NCBI GenBank assembly: GCA_965205015.1
Contig: OZ242029.1
Span: forward strand, 2,208,001 to 2,272,000
Reading direction: 5' to 3'
Length of the DNA: 64,000 bases
Source of the DNA: Candidatus Poribacteria bacterium
Lineage (GTDB): Bacteria; Poribacteria; WGA-4E; WGA-3G
Of the stretch, positions 20,026 to 30,817 are shown piece after piece; the first letter of the stretch is position 1, and every line of letters starts with the position of its first letter. The notes under the pieces were generated by a model. The model was not told the origin of the DNA. It saw only the letters and a list, made by a program, of their open reading frames with translations, and searched no databases. The translations under genes and the position numbers were made by a program.

Positions 20026-22296
20026 CTACTCCACCTCCTCAGAAAGATGACTCGCCACGGATGTCAAATCCAAAATATTGACGATCCCGTCACCGTTGAC
20101 ATCCGCTGGGGCTTGCGCCAAACGTGAGGCAACCAGCGTCAAATCCAGGATATTGACGACCCCATCACCGTTGACATCGGGTGAATCCTGTCCGAAACTA
20201 TTGGCAACCAGCGTCAAGTCTTGGACATTAATGATCCCATCACCGTTGACATCCCACGGCGTTTGTGAAACCGGCACTAACGACGACGCACGCTCGCCAG
20301 GTGCGAGATCCCAAAGAAGAATCGTCCCATCCCAACTCCCACTTACGAGCGTCCCACCATCTGATGTAAATGCTAAGGCAACGATGCCCTGCGTATGTCC
20401 TTCAAAAGCACGCTGGTAGCTACCGATGGCCACATCCCATAGGATAACTGTATTGTCCTTGCCACCACTCGCGAGCGTCTTACCGTCCGGGGAGAAGGCG
20501 AGGGAATAGACATCATCCGTATGCCCACCATTGAGGGTGAAGAGACGGCTCTCAGTCCTTAGATCCCACAACCGAATTCCCTGATAGCCGGCACTGGCGA
20601 GAATAGTTCCATCTGGAGAAAACGTTACAACTGTCCCCGCTCGCCAGTGGGGACGCACCTCTCCAAGCGTGGTTTTCAGTTCTCCAGTCTCTGGATCCCA
20701 CAATCGAACCGCTCCATCCCAACGACCACTGGCGAGGGTGCTGCCATCTGGTGAAAACGCCATGGAATAAATGGTTTCTGCGGATTCTTCAAAGATTGTT
20801 TGTTGTTGACCCGTGTGAGCATCCCATAACCGAATCGGCTCTGTTCTACCCCCACTGGCGAGGGTGCTGCCATCTGGCGAAAATGCCAACGTAAGGACTT
20901 CGTCAGTATGCGCTGTAAGAATCACCTGTGGTTGGGAATCAATAACCGATGGTGATTGCTCAGTATTTATGTCCCATAACCGAATCGTCTTATCGTCGCT
21001 CGCACTGGCGAAGATTTTCCCATTCGGAGAGAATGCCAATGCATTCACCTGCCTTGTATGCGCTTTTAACGCTGTTTCTGATCGTTGTGTATCTATATTC
21101 CACAACAAAATCGGGGCTTCCCAATCTCCACTGGCACGTCTGGAACCGTAAGTTCCACTCGCAAGCGTCTGACTGTCCGGAGAGAGTGCCATAGTAGTAA
21201 GATGATCCGTATGACCTTTCAGGTCAGTTTTTTGGAGTTGCACACCACTAACATCCCACGCTCGAATTGTCCCATCGCGATTGGCACTACTGAAAGTCGT
21301 GCCGTTCGAGGAAAATACAATATCAGCAACTTCAGTCGGATGCGCGCTGAGTGCCCTGATGTGTTGTCCAGTGCTCGCGTCCCATAAACCGACTTCACCG
21401 CGTCGACTGCCACTGATAAGGGTTTTTCCATCTGGCGAAAACGCAACCGCTGTGAGCCAATCCGAACTTCCCATCAAAGTTGAGAGTTGGCTTTTAGTGC
21501 GTATATCCCACGAACGAATTGTTCGGTCCCAACTCGCACTGACGAGTGTTTTTCCATCTGGCGAAAACGCAACCGCTTCAATTTCAGACGTGTGTCCTTC
21601 AAACGTCGCGAGGTGTTGGCTTGTGGTGACATCCCACAACTGAACTATGTAATTATTGCTTGTCAGTGGCAGCGCATGCCCCCCATTGGCAAGGATGCTA
21701 CCATCTGGCGAGAACGCGAGTGCCCTTGCCCGCCCCGTCTGCGCATCCAGGATTGCCTTGTGCTGCCCGGTTTCTATATCCCACAAACGAACGGATCCAT
21801 AACTACTACTGGCGAGCGTTTTTCCATCCCGTGAGAACGCTACTGCCCAGATACCATACGTATGCTGCGTAAGGGAAACTCTATGTTGCCCGGTTTCTAC
21901 ATCCCACAAACGGATTGTGGTGTCCCCGCTACCACTGGCGAGGCTCTTGCTATCCGGCGAGAACGCCACGCTCCAGACGGGCTGCGTATGTCCCGTAAGC
22001 AAGGCGACCTCTGCACCGGTCTGCGCATGATAGAGCCAAACACCGATAGAACCCGCTACAGCAACCAAGGTCCCATCGGGTGAAAATTTTATATCGTTGA
22101 TAGTCCCTTTCCCAATGCGGGCTTTCGCACCTTCAGGTAACCGCAATTGTGTATAATCTTCGGCATGAACGTTGGATGGAAGGAGGATGGCAGTTAACAA
22201 GAAAAGCAAACCGAGAAAACAGGTCTGAATAGCATCACGCAGATATACACGTGTAGAAAGTGCCCCTATGCGGAAACGCAATTGCTTAGCCTTCAC
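20026..22296 (-). CDS. Secreted WD40-repeat protein with C-terminal dockerin-like repeats (3 copies)
   Basis: GTG start with GGAGGTG RBS; LPEGAKARIGKG N-terminal motif; WD40 repeats; DVNGDG x3. Confidence 0.92.
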   Translation of the reverse strand: MKAKQLRFRIGALSTRVYLRDAIQTCFLGLLFLLTAILLPSNVHAEDYTQLRLPEGAKARIGKGTINDIKFSPDGTLVAVAGSIGVWLYHAQTGAEVALLTGHTQPVWSVAFSPDSKSLASGSGDTTIRLWDVETGQHRVSLTQHTYGIWAVAFSRDGKTLASSSYGSVRLWDIETGQHKAILDAQTGRARALAFSPDGSILANGGHALPLTSNNYIVQLWDVTTSQHLATFEGHTSEIEAVAFSPDGKTLVSASWDRTIRSWDIRTKSQLSTLMGSSDWLTAVAFSPDGKTLISGSRRGEVGLWDASTGQHIRALSAHPTEVADIVFSSNGTTFSSANRDGTIRAWDVSGVQLQKTDLKGHTDHLTTMALSPDSQTLASGTYGSRRASGDWEAPILLWNIDTQRSETALKAHTRQVNALAFSPNGKIFASASDDKTIRLWDINTEQSPSVIDSQPQVILTAHTDEVLTLAFSPDGSTLASGGRTEPIRLWDAHTGQQQTIFEESAETIYSMAFSPDGSTLASGRWDGAVRLWDPETGELKTTLGEVRPHWRAGTVVTFSPDGTILASAGYQGIRLWDLRTESRLFTLNGGHTDDVYSLAFSPDGKTLASGGKDNTVILWDVAIGSYQRAFEGHTQGIVALAFTSDGGTLVSGSWDGTILLWDLAPGERASSLVPVSQTPWDVNGDGIINVQDLTLVANSFGQDSPDVNGDGVVNILDLTLVASRLAQAPADVNGDGIVNILDLTSVASHLSEEVE

Positions 22297-22306
22297 AACT
22301 CACCTC

Positions 22307-23488
22307 CTATTTTCCGATATACTTTGCAACGAGTGTCAAATCTAAAACGTTAACAACACCATCACCGTTAAGATCCGGTGATGCCTGCCCGAAACGCGAT
22401 GCAATAAACGCCAAATCCAAGACATTCACGACCCTATCGTTATTGACATCCCACGGAATACGCGCCAGAGAAGCCGTCAAAGATCTCAGCTGAATAGTGC
22501 CATCAAGACTCGCGCTTGCGAGGGCTGTGCCATCAGAACTATCGGTATCCGGTAGGAACGCTAAGGCAAAAACTGGAGCGGTATACGCTTCAAATATTGC
22601 CTGTAACTGCCCGGTGGATAAATCCCACATACGGATTGTGTTATCCCAACCCGCACTCACAAGGGGGCTCCCATTAACCCCATAGACATCCGACGCAAAC
22701 GCTAAGGCAAGCACCGGTGTGGTGTGGTTTTCAAAGGTAGCGAGGAGATTTCCAGTGTGTATATGCCACACACGAATGGTACTCCCCGCCTCCGAACTCC
22801 AATATCCGCCGCTCGCTAAGGTTTGATTGTCCGGCGAAAAAGCGAGTGCCAGAATTGAGTCGGTATGTGCAGAGAGATTGTGTCGGAGTTGAAAAGTTTC
22901 CAAATCCCATAATAAGATTGTCCCATAAAAGCTCGCGCTTGCCAGCGTCTTGCTATCGGATGAGAACGCTAACGTGGTGACCATATCCCGATGTCCACGA
23001 AGGACTGTGGCACGACGCATCTGTCCCCAGGTTAAATCCCACAAACGAATCTCCTTGAAACTTCCACTGGCGAGCATGTTACCATCCGGAGAGAATGCCA
23101 ACGCTACGACTGGATCGGTATGGCTTGTAAAATCTATTATGTTTTCACGGGTCTGTGTGTTCCAGAGGTGGATAGTAGAATCTTCATTCGCACTTGCAAC
23201 GATGCGGTTGTCGGGAGAGAACGCCAGGGTCGTCACGTGCCCCATTGACGACGGTAGCAGCGCAAGGGTTTCACCGGTATAGATGTCATACACGGTGATA
23301 CCGTTTACGCCTGCGACAGCGAGGTGTGTGCCATCAGGAGAGAAAGTTATAGCGTTTATTGCCGTTGTTGGACCGAGGGATGCCGCATCGCCTTCAAATA
23401 CCTGCCATTGCGTCACATCTTGGGCAAGGCTGCTCGGTAGGAACAAGACATAAACGAACAGATAGATAAAGATTCGGTGATGTTTCAC
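22307..23488 (-). CDS. Secreted WD40-repeat protein with dockerin-like domain (2 copies)
   Basis: Signal peptide, about 7 WD40 repeats, WDVNND...PDLNGDGVVNVLD. Confidence 0.9.
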   Translation of the reverse strand: MKHHRIFIYLFVYVLFLPSSLAQDVTQWQVFEGDAASLGPTTAINAITFSPDGTHLAVAGVNGITVYDIYTGETLALLPSSMGHVTTLAFSPDNRIVASANEDSTIHLWNTQTRENIIDFTSHTDPVVALAFSPDGNMLASGSFKEIRLWDLTWGQMRRATVLRGHRDMVTTLAFSSDSKTLASASFYGTILLWDLETFQLRHNLSAHTDSILALAFSPDNQTLASGGYWSSEAGSTIRVWHIHTGNLLATFENHTTPVLALAFASDVYGVNGSPLVSAGWDNTIRMWDLSTGQLQAIFEAYTAPVFALAFLPDTDSSDGTALASASLDGTIQLRSLTASLARIPWDVNNDRVVNVLDLAFIASRFGQASPDLNGDGVVNVLDLTLVAKYIGK

Positions 23489-23495
23489 GGTTCAA

Positions 23496-23613
23496 TAGTC
23501 GTCGGTTGTCAGTACGGGTTTTCTACGAAAACCCTTTCAGTTTTCGGTTAAGAGATATTCGTTTAACAACACCCTCTTTTAACTGATAACTGACAACTGA
23601 AGACTGATGGCTA
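23496..23613. repeat. Heptamer-armed hairpin element (TAGTCGTCGG...CTGATGGCTA)
   Basis: Arms of imperfect 7-mers (TCAGTT/AACTGA); internal GGGTTTT...AAAACCC hairpin; relatives at 25121, 25771, 45101 and 59640. Confidence 0.75.
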
Positions 23614-25101
23614 TTAAAGGATATATCTGCTCAGATCCTGATCTTTGACAATTTCCGACAATTCCGACCTGACGTACGCCGCATCAATCGTGATGTGCTT
23701 TTTTTCGAGGTTAGGTGCATCAAAAAAGAGGTTCTCGAAGAGTTTTTCCATAATCGTATGCAGACGGCGTGCACCGATATCCTCAACCGATTCGTTAACT
23801 TGAAAGGCAAGCGCAGCGATCTCGTCAATCGCATCATCGGTAATAGTCGCTTCAATACCTTCAGTACTTAACAATGCGGCATACTGTTTCACCAGCGCGT
23901 TCTTCGGTTCCGTCAGAATAGATTTAAAGTCATCCTTATTCAGACTTTTGAGTTCGACTCGGATCGGAAACCTCCCCTGTAACTCCGGAATAAGGTCAGA
24001 CGGGCTTGAGACATGGAACGCACCCGCGGCAATGAACAGGATGTGATGCGTACGGACGGCTCCGTATTTCGAGGTCACTGTGCTACCTTCGATAATAGGA
24101 AGGATATCCCGTTGCACCCCTTCACGCGAAATGTCAGGTCCATGCCGAGATTCCCTACCTGCAATCTTATCAATCTCGTCCAAAAAAACGATGCCAGAGT
24201 CTTCAACCCGTTGAATCGCTTCGGTGATGACCGCATCCATATCAATAAGTTTTTCGGATTCCTCCTGCATCAAGATAGTTCGCGCTTCAGAGACGGGAAC
24301 TCGCCGTTTCTTTGTCTGATTCGGTAGGATGTTACTGAACATATCCTTGAAATTGATATCCATCTCCTCAATACCGCCGGGTGAGAAAATTTCTACAAAA
24401 GGCATGTTCTGATGCTTCACATTGATTTCAACGGGTTTCTCCTCAAGTCTACCTTCGCGTAGCCACTCTCTAAATTTCTCTCTCGTCTTCAAATAACGTT
24501 CGCGCTCCTTCTCTCTGGCTTCCTCGGCTTCATCGTCCACGTCGGGACCCAGGTCAAATGGAAGTTGCAGGACACCATCATCGTCCTCCTCCGGTTCGTC
24601 GAGTGGATCGTCCTCTTGTAAACGGGGCCGTCGCTGGAGTGAACGTGGAACCGGAAAAATGCAATCAAGCAGTCGTTCTTCAGTTGATTCCTGTGCTTTT
24701 TCTTCAACCGCCTCCGTTTGCTCGGCTTTGACGCGGCTAATAGCGGTTTCGGTGAGATCGCGAATCATTGATTCAACATCTCGACCCACGTAACCGATTT
24801 CGGTATATTTTGATGCCTCTACTTTGATGAAAGGCGCGTCAACAAGGCGCGCCAGCCTACGGGCGATTTCGGTTTTTCCCACGCCCGTTGAACCGATCAT
24901 AATTATGTTTTTCGGCGACACTTCGTCTTGCATGTCTTCTGCCAACATCTGCCGCCGTGCGCGGTTGCGAAGCGCAATAGCAACACAGCGTTTCGCCTCA
25001 AACTGCCCAACGATATACTTATCCAATTCCTCAACGATCTGTCGAGGGGTCAGAGCGCCTGCTAAAGTGTTCTCCTCACGTTTTACTTTTGGTCTTTCCA
25101 A
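23614..25101 (-). CDS. hslU: ATP-dependent protease ATPase subunit HslU
   Basis: [58 protein letters not shown]. Confidence 0.98.
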   Translation of the reverse strand: MERPKVKREENTLAGALTPRQIVEELDKYIVGQFEAKRCVAIALRNRARRQMLAEDMQDEVSPKNIIMIGSTGVGKTEIARRLARLVDAPFIKVEASKYTEIGYVGRDVESMIRDLTETAISRVKAEQTEAVEEKAQESTEERLLDCIFPVPRSLQRRPRLQEDDPLDEPEEDDDGVLQLPFDLGPDVDDEAEEAREKERERYLKTREKFREWLREGRLEEKPVEINVKHQNMPFVEIFSPGGIEEMDINFKDMFSNILPNQTKKRRVPVSEARTILMQEESEKLIDMDAVITEAIQRVEDSGIVFLDEIDKIAGRESRHGPDISREGVQRDILPIIEGSTVTSKYGAVRTHHILFIAAGAFHVSSPSDLIPELQGRFPIRVELKSLNKDDFKSILTEPKNALVKQYAALLSTEGIEATITDDAIDEIAALAFQVNESVEDIGARRLHTIMEKLFENLFFDAPNLEKKHITIDAAYVRSELSEIVKDQDLSRYIL

Positions 25102-25120
25102 AGGTAAACCTCCGTAAAAT

Positions 25121-25213
25121 GGCTATCAGCTATCGGAAACCATCAGCGATCAGAAACGATACTCACACCAGAGTGCTCTACTGACTGCTGATGGAACCGA
25201 CCGCTGACGGCTA
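25121..25213. repeat. Heptamer-armed hairpin element between hslV and hslU
   Basis: GCTATCAGCTATCGG...CCGCTGACGGCTA; terminal CTA is the hslV stop. Confidence 0.7.
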
Positions 25214-25747
25214 TTTCTCTATCGTGTCAACTTCAATTCTCGCATTTGTGTAAATACAAATTTCACTCGTCAGTTGGAGTGCTTCTGAAATAATCTCTCG
25301 TGCGGTCAAGTCTGAGTATTTAAGCAGTGCCTTTGCTGCTGCTAAGGCAATGGAACCCCCGGAACCGATTGCCAGCACATCATCGTCAGGCGAAATTACG
25401 TCGCCGCTCCCAGAAATGAGATAACTGTCGTCGGCATCCGCGGCGATTAATAACGCGTCTACCTGTCTCAAAACCCTATCGCTACGCCATTCCCGCGCGA
25501 GTTCCACCGCTGATTTCTGAAGATTCCCACGATACTGCTCCAGTTTCTTCTCCAGATTCTCATAGAGGGTGATCGCATCCGAGGCGGAACCCGCGAAACC
25601 GATCAGCACCTTATCATTATGAATTTTGCGTACTTTACGGGCACCGTGTTTAATCGCCGTATCCCCTAAAGTGACTTGACCATCACCCCCGATAGCGACC
25701 TCACCATCACGGCGAACGGCTAAAATCGTTGTTGAACGGATACGCAT
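25211..25747 (-). CDS. hslV: ATP-dependent protease peptidase subunit HslV
   Basis: STTILAVRR, GGDGQVTLG, GFAGS, AIGSGG, ICIYTN. Confidence 0.98.
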   Translation of the reverse strand: MRIRSTTILAVRRDGEVAIGGDGQVTLGDTAIKHGARKVRKIHNDKVLIGFAGSASDAITLYENLEKKLEQYRGNLQKSAVELAREWRSDRVLRQVDALLIAADADDSYLISGSGDVISPDDDVLAIGSGGSIALAAAKALLKYSDLTAREIISEALQLTSEICIYTNARIEVDTIEK

Positions 25748-25770
25748 GCCTATAATTTTCCTTTCTGAGA

Positions 25771-25850
25771 GCCATCAGTTTTCGGTTATCTGACCGGAGC
25801 CAGAGGCGTTCGGTAACGCCACATTCCTCTTAACTGATAACCAATAACTA
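25771..25850. repeat. Heptamer-armed hairpin element
   Basis: GCCATCAGTTTTCGGTTA...CCTCTTAACTGATAACCAATAACTA; terminal CTA is the stop of the 25848 gene. Confidence 0.65.
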
Positions 25851-26579
25851 TTTCCAGACATAAAATAGAAGAAAACTAAAAAACTGCAGGGCTCCCATAA
25901 AGATGCCACACCGTATGCCAGCGACCCCCGCGTGTTGCTCTCTCGGAAAACCACCGGATACCCCGAAAAAGTAAGGGCACAGCAGAAAAGTAACCAGAAG
26001 AGAGACCGGCATAAAAATCGGGACCGACCCAATCTCTGGTATCCGATCCACCTGTGTCGCATTCCACAACCACAAATGCGATTCCCCAAACGCGTAAATG
26101 ATGTTACTGCCCACCGCCGCACCGATACCGGTGGCACCCGCCGCCAGCAGCGCAGTTCCCATGGGACCAACTCTCGGATTACCAACCTCAGACGCGAAAT
26201 AGGTTTGGAAAATCGTTGTAAGCCGCTGATAACAGTACCCTGCCAGTGTCGCAAACACTATCCAATTCAGGATTATTCCAATCGGGGTCGTTAGATTCGC
26301 CAGAAAATCTGGACGTAGGTAGAAGATTAAACCCACTTTTCGCGAGAATAACCAGTCCATCGGCACGTATGTCAACGTCGTCGCAACCCCAAAAATGGAA
26401 CTACTTAAAAGTAGCGAAGCATCTTCGTCACTCTGCCAGATACAATAAACGTACAAAGAGGCTGCAATCAACACGTTTGGATAAAGCATCCAAATAGTCC
26501 CGATGCGACCTGCCATTAAGAACGTTAAAAGCGTTGTCCCTGTTACAGCAAAAACCACCTTGTCCGTTTTGATACCCAT
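25848..26579 (-). CDS. Hypothetical integral membrane protein
   Basis: 243 aa with about 7 hydrophobic helices; co-oriented between the ArsA-type ATPase and hslV. Confidence 0.75.
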   Translation of the reverse strand: MGIKTDKVVFAVTGTTLLTFLMAGRIGTIWMLYPNVLIAASLYVYCIWQSDEDASLLLSSSIFGVATTLTYVPMDWLFSRKVGLIFYLRPDFLANLTTPIGIILNWIVFATLAGYCYQRLTTIFQTYFASEVGNPRVGPMGTALLAAGATGIGAAVGSNIIYAFGESHLWLWNATQVDRIPEIGSVPIFMPVSLLVTFLLCPYFFGVSGGFPREQHAGVAGIRCGIFMGALQFFSFLLFYVWK

Positions 26580-26584
26580 ACGCC

Positions 26585-27778
26585 TCAGGTCCGCTTTTCC
26601 CCTTCAAACTGAATCACGAGTTGATCGCCGGTGAGTTTCGCTCCAGTCGTTTTCTTATTCGCGAGCGTCCGCGGCAATGCGATATGTTGCTTGAAACTCC
26701 CCACTGTGACGATTAACTCATCACCGTGTTTTGTCAATCCAATTTCCTCTTTGCTCAGAAACGGAAGACGCATAGACAACTGATACGCATCCGCCATTTT
26801 TTGGAATTGATACGGACGTTCTTCAGAGAACCGATCAGCCGGGTTAATCCCTGAATAGAGCGTGTCCGCCAACCGATGCAGTCCCTGTTCCCCTACAATT
26901 TCTTCCGTAAAGAGGTTCACCTTCCAAATCGGTACGTCCGAAAAATAGTCCATTGCCTCTTCAATATAGTGCTGTTGTGACCGCTGCCAAGCCTCAAAGT
27001 ATGCCGAATCAACACCGTCAGGAAAGATGCGATTGATAATGACAGCGTCAATACACAACCCGTAAAGGCAAAAATACATAAATGCCCGCTGTGTCTCTTT
27101 AATAACAATTTTTTCTGGATTCGTCACTAAGCGGACCGTCGTGATCTTCGGATCCGTTAGGACCCCATCAATCCCTTCCAATTTATCGAATAAATCCTGA
27201 ATATTCTGAAAGTAATTATCTCGGGGAATCGGGACGGAACTCACCCGTTCGATGACTGGGCCCGCAACTCTCGCAAGGTTGCGTTCCAATTTGAAAATGT
27301 GGCTCATGTACCACTCCAGCGTCGTCGGAATACTGACAAACCGGAGCGACTCACCCGTCGGGGCACAATCAAGGATAATCACATCATAACTTTTTTCGCG
27401 AACATATTGATTGATGTACAGAAGCGCGCAAATCTCCTCCATTCCCGGAAACACTGCTATCTCCTCTGCGACGAGGCTATCAAGTCCGGAACGGTTGAGC
27501 AACGAACGGATGTAACTGTACACATCATGCCAGTATTCAACAATTGCTTCTTGGACGTTAATTTCCTGTATCCAGAGGTTGTCTCTGATGTGGATCTGTT
27601 TCTCTGCGCGCTGGTGAACGAGTTTTTCGTGGTTATCAAACGCATCTCGGAGCGAATGCGCCACATCCAGTGAAATTACGATCGTTTTGTAACCGAGTTC
27701 TGCGAGTTTGATCCCCGTAGCCGCGGCAATCGTCGTTTTGCCGACACCCCCTTTACCTGTGTAAAGAATAATTCGCAT
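26585..27778 (-). CDS. ArsA/GET3 family anion-transporting ATPase with C-terminal HSP20-like domain
   Basis: MRIILYTGKGGVGKTT, DVAHSLRD, PGMEE, DCAPTG, VTNPEK; start reassigned to ATG 27778. Confidence 0.92.
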   Translation of the reverse strand: MRIILYTGKGGVGKTTIAAATGIKLAELGYKTIVISLDVAHSLRDAFDNHEKLVHQRAEKQIHIRDNLWIQEINVQEAIVEYWHDVYSYIRSLLNRSGLDSLVAEEIAVFPGMEEICALLYINQYVREKSYDVIILDCAPTGESLRFVSIPTTLEWYMSHIFKLERNLARVAGPVIERVSSVPIPRDNYFQNIQDLFDKLEGIDGVLTDPKITTVRLVTNPEKIVIKETQRAFMYFCLYGLCIDAVIINRIFPDGVDSAYFEAWQRSQQHYIEEAMDYFSDVPIWKVNLFTEEIVGEQGLHRLADTLYSGINPADRFSEERPYQFQKMADAYQLSMRLPFLSKEEIGLTKHGDELIVTVGSFKQHIALPRTLANKKTTGAKLTGDQLVIQFEGEKRT

Positions 27779-27884
27779 TGTTTTTAAATTCCTACATTTT
27801 ATTTTTTTCAGTTGGTCCAGATCGTTTATACTATAGTATAACACAAAAGACAGGAAATGTGCAAAGCAGAGAATTGTGAAAAAT

Positions 27885-27913
27885 TTGACAAACCGTCTCT
27901 TTCATAGTATAAT
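27885..27913 (+). promoter_or_regulatory. Consensus sigma-70 promoter of rplM-rpsI
   Basis: TTGACA-17 bp-TATAAT. Confidence 0.85.
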
Positions 27914-28050
27914 ATTACTCGGTTGTGTTCGCAGTTGTGAAAATACCTTTCTGAGAAAGGCACACTCGAACAACAAACTACATAAAGCAACGGAAAGCAA
28001 GCCAAATTTGCCCGCGCACGGGCTGAATTCGGTTGAAGGGACAGGAAATC

Positions 28051-28488
28051 ATGGTACTGAAAACGAAAACCTATTTCCCGAAAACGGAAAAAGATATTAG
28101 ATGGTATGTGGTGGACGCCGAGGGACAAGTGCTCGGGCGTTTAGCCTCCCGGATCGCACAGGTACTGCGCGGAAAGAATGACCCGCGGTATACACCTCAC
28201 GCCGATTTAGGGTTTCGCGTTGCTGTTGTGAATGCGGAAAAAGTCGTCGTCACAGGCAATAAAAGGGAACAGAAAACCTATTTTAGGCATAGCGGCTACC
28301 CCGGCGGTGATAAATATCGAACCTTCGATGAACAGATGGCTCGCAAACCGGAGGTAATTATCACCAACGCTGTTAGGGGGATGCTCCCAAAGAATCACCT
28401 CGGTCGGCAACTGATGAAAGGGCTCAGAGTTTACGCTGGACCGACACACCCGCACCAAGCACAGGAACCGGAAGTCTTAACACTTTAA
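28051..28488 (+). CDS. rplM: 50S ribosomal protein L13
   Basis: WYVVDAEGQVLGRLAS, YTPH.D.G, HSGYPGG, GMLPK. Confidence 0.98.
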   Translation: MVLKTKTYFPKTEKDIRWYVVDAEGQVLGRLASRIAQVLRGKNDPRYTPHADLGFRVAVVNAEKVVVTGNKREQKTYFRHSGYPGGDKYRTFDEQMARKPEVIITNAVRGMLPKNHLGRQLMKGLRVYAGPTHPHQAQEPEVLTL

Positions 28489-28547
28489 GTTGAGTTGAGG
28501 CGTCGTCAACAGATGATGCTCCTACAACTACGGAGAGTACGAATAGT

Positions 28548-28943
28548 ATGGCTATTGAACAATTCTGGGGAACCGGCAGACGCAAAACCTCAGTCGCGCG
28601 TGTCCGAATCATTCCCGGTGGTGAAGCCGGCGTTACCGTTAACAAAAAACCGATTCAAGATTACTTTGAACGCGCAGACCATTGGCAGGCAGCACAACGC
28701 CCCATTGAGCACGTTGAGAAGGTCGGCGAATATGCCATCCACGTCAACGTAAAAGGCGGCGGAAAGACTGGACAGGCTGGCGCAATCTCACATGGACTTG
28801 CACGCGCACTCGTCAAAGCGGATGAATCCTTGAAGTCTTCATTGAAAAAAGCAGGATTTTTAACGCGCGATTCGAGAATGGTCGAACGGAAGAAGTACGG
28901 ACAGAAAGGGGCACGGGCACGCTTCCAATTCTCCAAGCGTTAG
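28548..28943 (+). CDS. rpsI: 30S ribosomal protein S9
   Basis: GTGRRKTSVARV, GGGKTGQAGAI, ERKKYG...FQFSKR. Confidence 0.98.
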   Translation: MAIEQFWGTGRRKTSVARVRIIPGGEAGVTVNKKPIQDYFERADHWQAAQRPIEHVEKVGEYAIHVNVKGGGKTGQAGAISHGLARALVKADESLKSSLKKAGFLTRDSRMVERKKYGQKGARARFQFSKR

Positions 28944-29100
28944 AATTGTTGAGGGCTTCGGACATTTACAGCAGTTAACGCAAGTCTCCATTTCTCGCTG
29001 GCAGGGTTTCAATCCTCTTTGGAAACCGCTTCTGGAGTGCCACGCGCGCATTCCTTCTCCGCCAGCAACAGCGTACCGTTAAATCATCAATTGGTTCTAA

Positions 29101-30462
<1,362 letters not shown>

Positions 30463-30531
30463 GTCAAAATTGAGGGAGGAGGGATCTCTGAATCCCGACA
30501 CCTGGCTTTACTAAAATTTCTGAATTTTAAT

Positions 30532-30560
30532 TTGACATCTGACTTAAAGTATGGTATTAT
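30532..30560 (+). promoter_or_regulatory. Promoter of the tRNA pair
   Basis: TTGACA-17 bp-TATTAT with TGG extended -10. Confidence 0.8.
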
Positions 30561-30576
30561 TAAATGTTGTTAATTC

Positions 30577-30649
30577 GAGCCGTTAGCTCAGCTGGTAGAG
30601 CATCTGACTTTTAATCAGGTGGTCACAGGTTCGATCCCTGTACGGCTCA
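30577..30649 (+). tRNA. tRNA-Lys(UUU), CCA not encoded
   Basis: GAGCCGT/ACGGCTC acceptor stem, TCTGA-CT-TTT-AA-TCAGG anticodon arm, GTTCGATC T-loop. Confidence 0.97.
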
Positions 30650-30658
30650 CATTCTTTT

Positions 30659-30733
30659 GCCCCCGTCGTCTAGCCTGGCCAAGGACACCGCCCTTTCACG
30701 GCGGCGACACGAGTTCAAATCTCGTCGGGGGTA
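30659..30733 (+). tRNA. tRNA-Glu(UUC), CCA not encoded
   Basis: GCCCCCG/CGGGGGT acceptor stem, CCGCC-CT-TTC-AC-GGCGG anticodon arm, GTTCAAAT T-loop. Confidence 0.97.
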
Positions 30734-30767
30734 TCTCACTCAAAGCAACGCAAAAATAGTTCCTTTA

Positions 30768-30804
30768 AAAAAACAAGCCTCTGTTGCCAAGGGGCTTGTT
30801 TTTT
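30768..30804 (+). terminator. Intrinsic terminator after the tRNAs, potentially bidirectional
   Basis: AAAAAACAAGCCT...GGGCTTGTTTTTT. Confidence 0.75.
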
Positions 30805-30817
30805 GTTACTTAATATT

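Noticed and set aside
17630-23282. Many plus-strand ORFs with repeated PSGENA/SHxRIVP motifs
   Set aside because: Antisense shadows of the WD40 and dockerin repeats.
17854-23488. Diversity-generating retroelement or recombinational shuffling among WD40 genes
   Set aside because: No reverse transcriptase or recombinase, and no template/variable repeat pair with adenine-specific differences was seen.
27826-28128. ORFs overlapping the rplM promoter and leader
   Set aside because: No recognisable content; the region is explained by the promoter and 5' UTR.
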